The notes beneath the pieces were generated by a model, which was not told where the DNA came from, ran no database searches, and saw nothing but the letters and a program-made list of their open reading frames with translations. Below are positions 61,001 through 62,000 of a stretch of 62,000 bases of DNA, in pieces. The position numbers were made by a program, and so were the translations under genes. How positions within the stretch are numbered: the first letter of the stretch is position 1; each line of letters begins with the position of its first letter. Where the stretch lies: contig NZ_JMCB01000001.1 in the NCBI RefSeq assembly GCF_000737315.1, positions 82,001 to 144,000 on the forward strand, in the 5' to 3' direction. The DNA comes from Hyalangium minutum. Its GTDB lineage: Bacteria > Myxococcota > Myxococcia > Myxococcales > Myxococcaceae.

Positions 61001-62000
61001 CGCTGGGTGACCCGATCGAGATCACCGGCCTCAACAAGGCGTTCCGGGAGCACACGCAGGACCGGCAGTTCTGCGCCATCGGCTCGGTGAAGACCAACGT
61101 GGGGCACCTGGAGTCCGCCGCGGGCATCGCCTCGCTCACCAAGGTGCTGCTGCAGCTGCGGCACCAGCAGCTCGCACCCTCGCTGCATGCGGAGACGCTC
61201 AACCGGAATATCGACTTCGGCAGCTCGCCGTTCTTCGTGCAGCGGGAGCTGGCGCCCTGGCCAAGCCCGGCCGTGACGGGGCCCGATGGAAGGGTGCGGA
61301 CCCTGCCCCGCCGCGCGGCGATCAGCTCCTTCGGGGCGGGCGGCGCGAACGCGCACCTCATCCTCGAGGAGTACGTGGCGCCTCGCGCGGAGCGCCCCCA
61401 GGCCTTGGGGCCCGAGCTGGTGCTGCTGTCAGCGAAGAACACCGGGCGCCTGCGGGCCTACGCGAGCCGGCTGAAGCAGCACCTGCGGCGCCTCCAGTCC
61501 TCGGCCGGGGCCATGCCCCCGCTGGGAGACCTTGCCTACACGCTCCAGGTGGGCCGAGAGGCGCTCGAGGAGCGTCTGGCGCTGGTGGTCGGCAGCGTGG
61601 ACGAGCTGGTAGTCCGGCTGGAGGAGTTCGAGCAGGGCCAGCTCCACGGAGCTCAGGCGTACCTCGGCCGCGTGCCGGAGGAGCGCACCGCCGCCGCGGA
61701 GGTGGAGCTGCCCCGCGCCCAGGAGCTCATCCGCCGCAGGGACTGGGCCACGCTGGCCCGGCTGTGGGTGGAAGGCCACTCCGTCCCCTGGGGCGAGGTG
61801 TACCTCGGCCAGGGCCGCCGCGTGTCGCTGCCCACCTACCCCTTCGAGCGGAAGCGCTTCTGGGTGCCGCTGAGTCACCCCAGCGCCAAGGCTCCCCAGG
61901 CCGCTGCCGCGCTGCACCCGCTGCTCGACCGGGCCGTACCGAGCCTGAACGGGACCGTCTTCGAGAAGCGCTTCCGGCGCGACGAGCCCCTGCTGCGGGA
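58084..62000 (+). CDS. trans-AT PKS 4 (partial): docking domain-KR(B)-ACP-KS9-DH...
   Basis: Manual translation from ATG 58084: MKLDKRQILQQVESGDLEIDQAVELL; KR ITGGAGGLG, HAAGVLED, QADYAAAN; ACP GLDS (Ser at 59797); KS9 DTAC/HGTGT/GHL; DH start LHPLLD at about 61912. Runs off the window end, so it is missing from the ORF track. Confidence 0.95.
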   Translation, partial: MKLDKRQILQQVESGDLEIDQAVELLARLGIAPKAAPAEPLGHVYYESRWEPAPAPAERLAPGQRVLLVGEREAAMDALRAALTGHEVVSVLPGTGFRRLAADQYEVDLGSEEHGARLLAELAGAGFFPTQVLHLWRGGPDASLEEASDARALETGVHAAFTLVKALLAQAPKQELTLLSACLGPGGAPACAAVAGFLAVAEQENPKLRGKTVHMREPSPTVAAELLLAELPSLSEAEVRYDANGRQARRLAELTIPDVETPGPLRQGGVYLITGGAGGLGLLFARHLVATAGARLILTGRSQRPSAQQEQLFRELETLGGQVVYCPADVTVLADMERAVRLARERFGRLDGVLHAAGVLEDAFLVRKSWDSFQRVLAPKTHGVLALDHATREEALDFFALFSSTATVLGRAGQADYAAANHFMDEFAAARNAQVAEGRRTGHTVSIAWPLWQGGGMNISEADRETMERITGMTVMGAEEGFTAFTHALRSGRSLVAVLYGRGARIRDFIERRGSRKPAPAAPAPRAGAPRDRAELARGAEEYLLELISRETRLPRQRIDVKQGLDAIGLDSMLINRLNVLLEDPFGSLSKTLFFEYQSIRELAGYFSEHHTEALAALLSPASSSEAPPAAEEPTQSPERSPAPAPVQQAPAAPVTGDIAIVGLSGRYPDAEDLQEFWENLAQGRNSVGQVPRERWDLSRYPGLELNTRERQGLQWGSFLREVDTFDPLFFNIAPRDAEVMDPQERLFLETAWSALEDAGYSRPELQRTSREGDESAVGVFVGVTFGQYQSIGVEEWGHGNYISPGSSFWSIANRLSYVLNVNGPSMPVDTACSASLTAVHMACESLRRGDCRVAVAGGVNLNIHPAKYVALARLKFLSTEGKCRAFGDGGDGYVPGEGVGAVVLKPLAQAEADGDHIYAVIKGSTINHGGKTNGYTVPNPKAQASLVSRALRTAGVNARTVGYVEAHGTGTSLGDPIEITGLNKAFREHTQDRQFCAIGSVKTNVGHLESAAGIASLTKVLLQLRHQQLAPSLHAETLNRNIDFGSSPFFVQRELAPWPSPAVTGPDGRVRTLPRRAAISSFGAGGANAHLILEEYVAPRAERPQALGPELVLLSAKNTGRLRAYASRLKQHLRRLQSSAGAMPPLGDLAYTLQVGREALEERLALVVGSVDELVVRLEEFEQGQLHGAQAYLGRVPEERTAAAEVELPRAQELIRRRDWATLARLWVEGHSVPWGEVYLGQGRRVSLPTYPFERKRFWVPLSHPSAKAPQAAAALHPLLDRAVPSLNGTVFEKRFRRDEPLLR

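Noticed and set aside
1-62000. CRISPR arrays, tRNA/rRNA genes, transposases or integrases
   Set aside because: No regularly spaced repeats, RNA-gene signatures or recombinase motifs were recognised by eye. tRNAscan-SE and Infernal would be needed to exclude small RNAs.

Overview
High-GC myxobacterial DNA (inferred from codon bias, a DUF2378/TIGR02265 gene and gene content; Archangium/Hyalangium/Stigmatella-like). The left ~26.5 kb is an accessory/housekeeping mix. It holds a truncated ELWxxDGT-repeat lipoprotein, an alkylation-repair pair (ogt, Ada-AlkA fusion), a Rieske oxygenase, a MAPEG protein, an exported vWA + VIT/vWA/beta-propeller gene pair, DUF2378, an orphan PAS/GAF histidine kinase, the alpha-2-macroglobulin/PBP1C pair, a TrmJ-type methyltransferase, TetR + MBL hydrolase with a palindromic operator, a small repeat protein, a pseudouridine synthase, a V4R-like protein and soluble transhydrogenase SthA. 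From 26.7 kb to the window end lies the first ~35 kb of a trans-AT polyketide synthase cluster: a free-standing malonyl-AT, then an intrinsic terminator, then four giant PKS genes. PKS1: MaoC-DH/KR/FkbH/ACP loading unit-KS1-DH-KR-ACP-KS2-KR-ACP-KS3. PKS2: DH-ACP-KS4-DH-KR-ACP-KS5(0). PKS3: ACP-KS6-KR-ACP-KS7-ACP-KS8. PKS4 (truncated, absent from the ORF track): KR-ACP-KS9-DH. The module order resembles tartrolon-type lactate-primed macrodiolide assembly lines. Notable oddities are a DH-less KS0|ACP junction, a bimodule-position KS3 with an intact catalytic triad, Asp-less ACP motifs confined to non-elongating positions, and a terminator in front of the PKS operon. No rRNA, tRNA, CRISPR array or mobile element was recognised.
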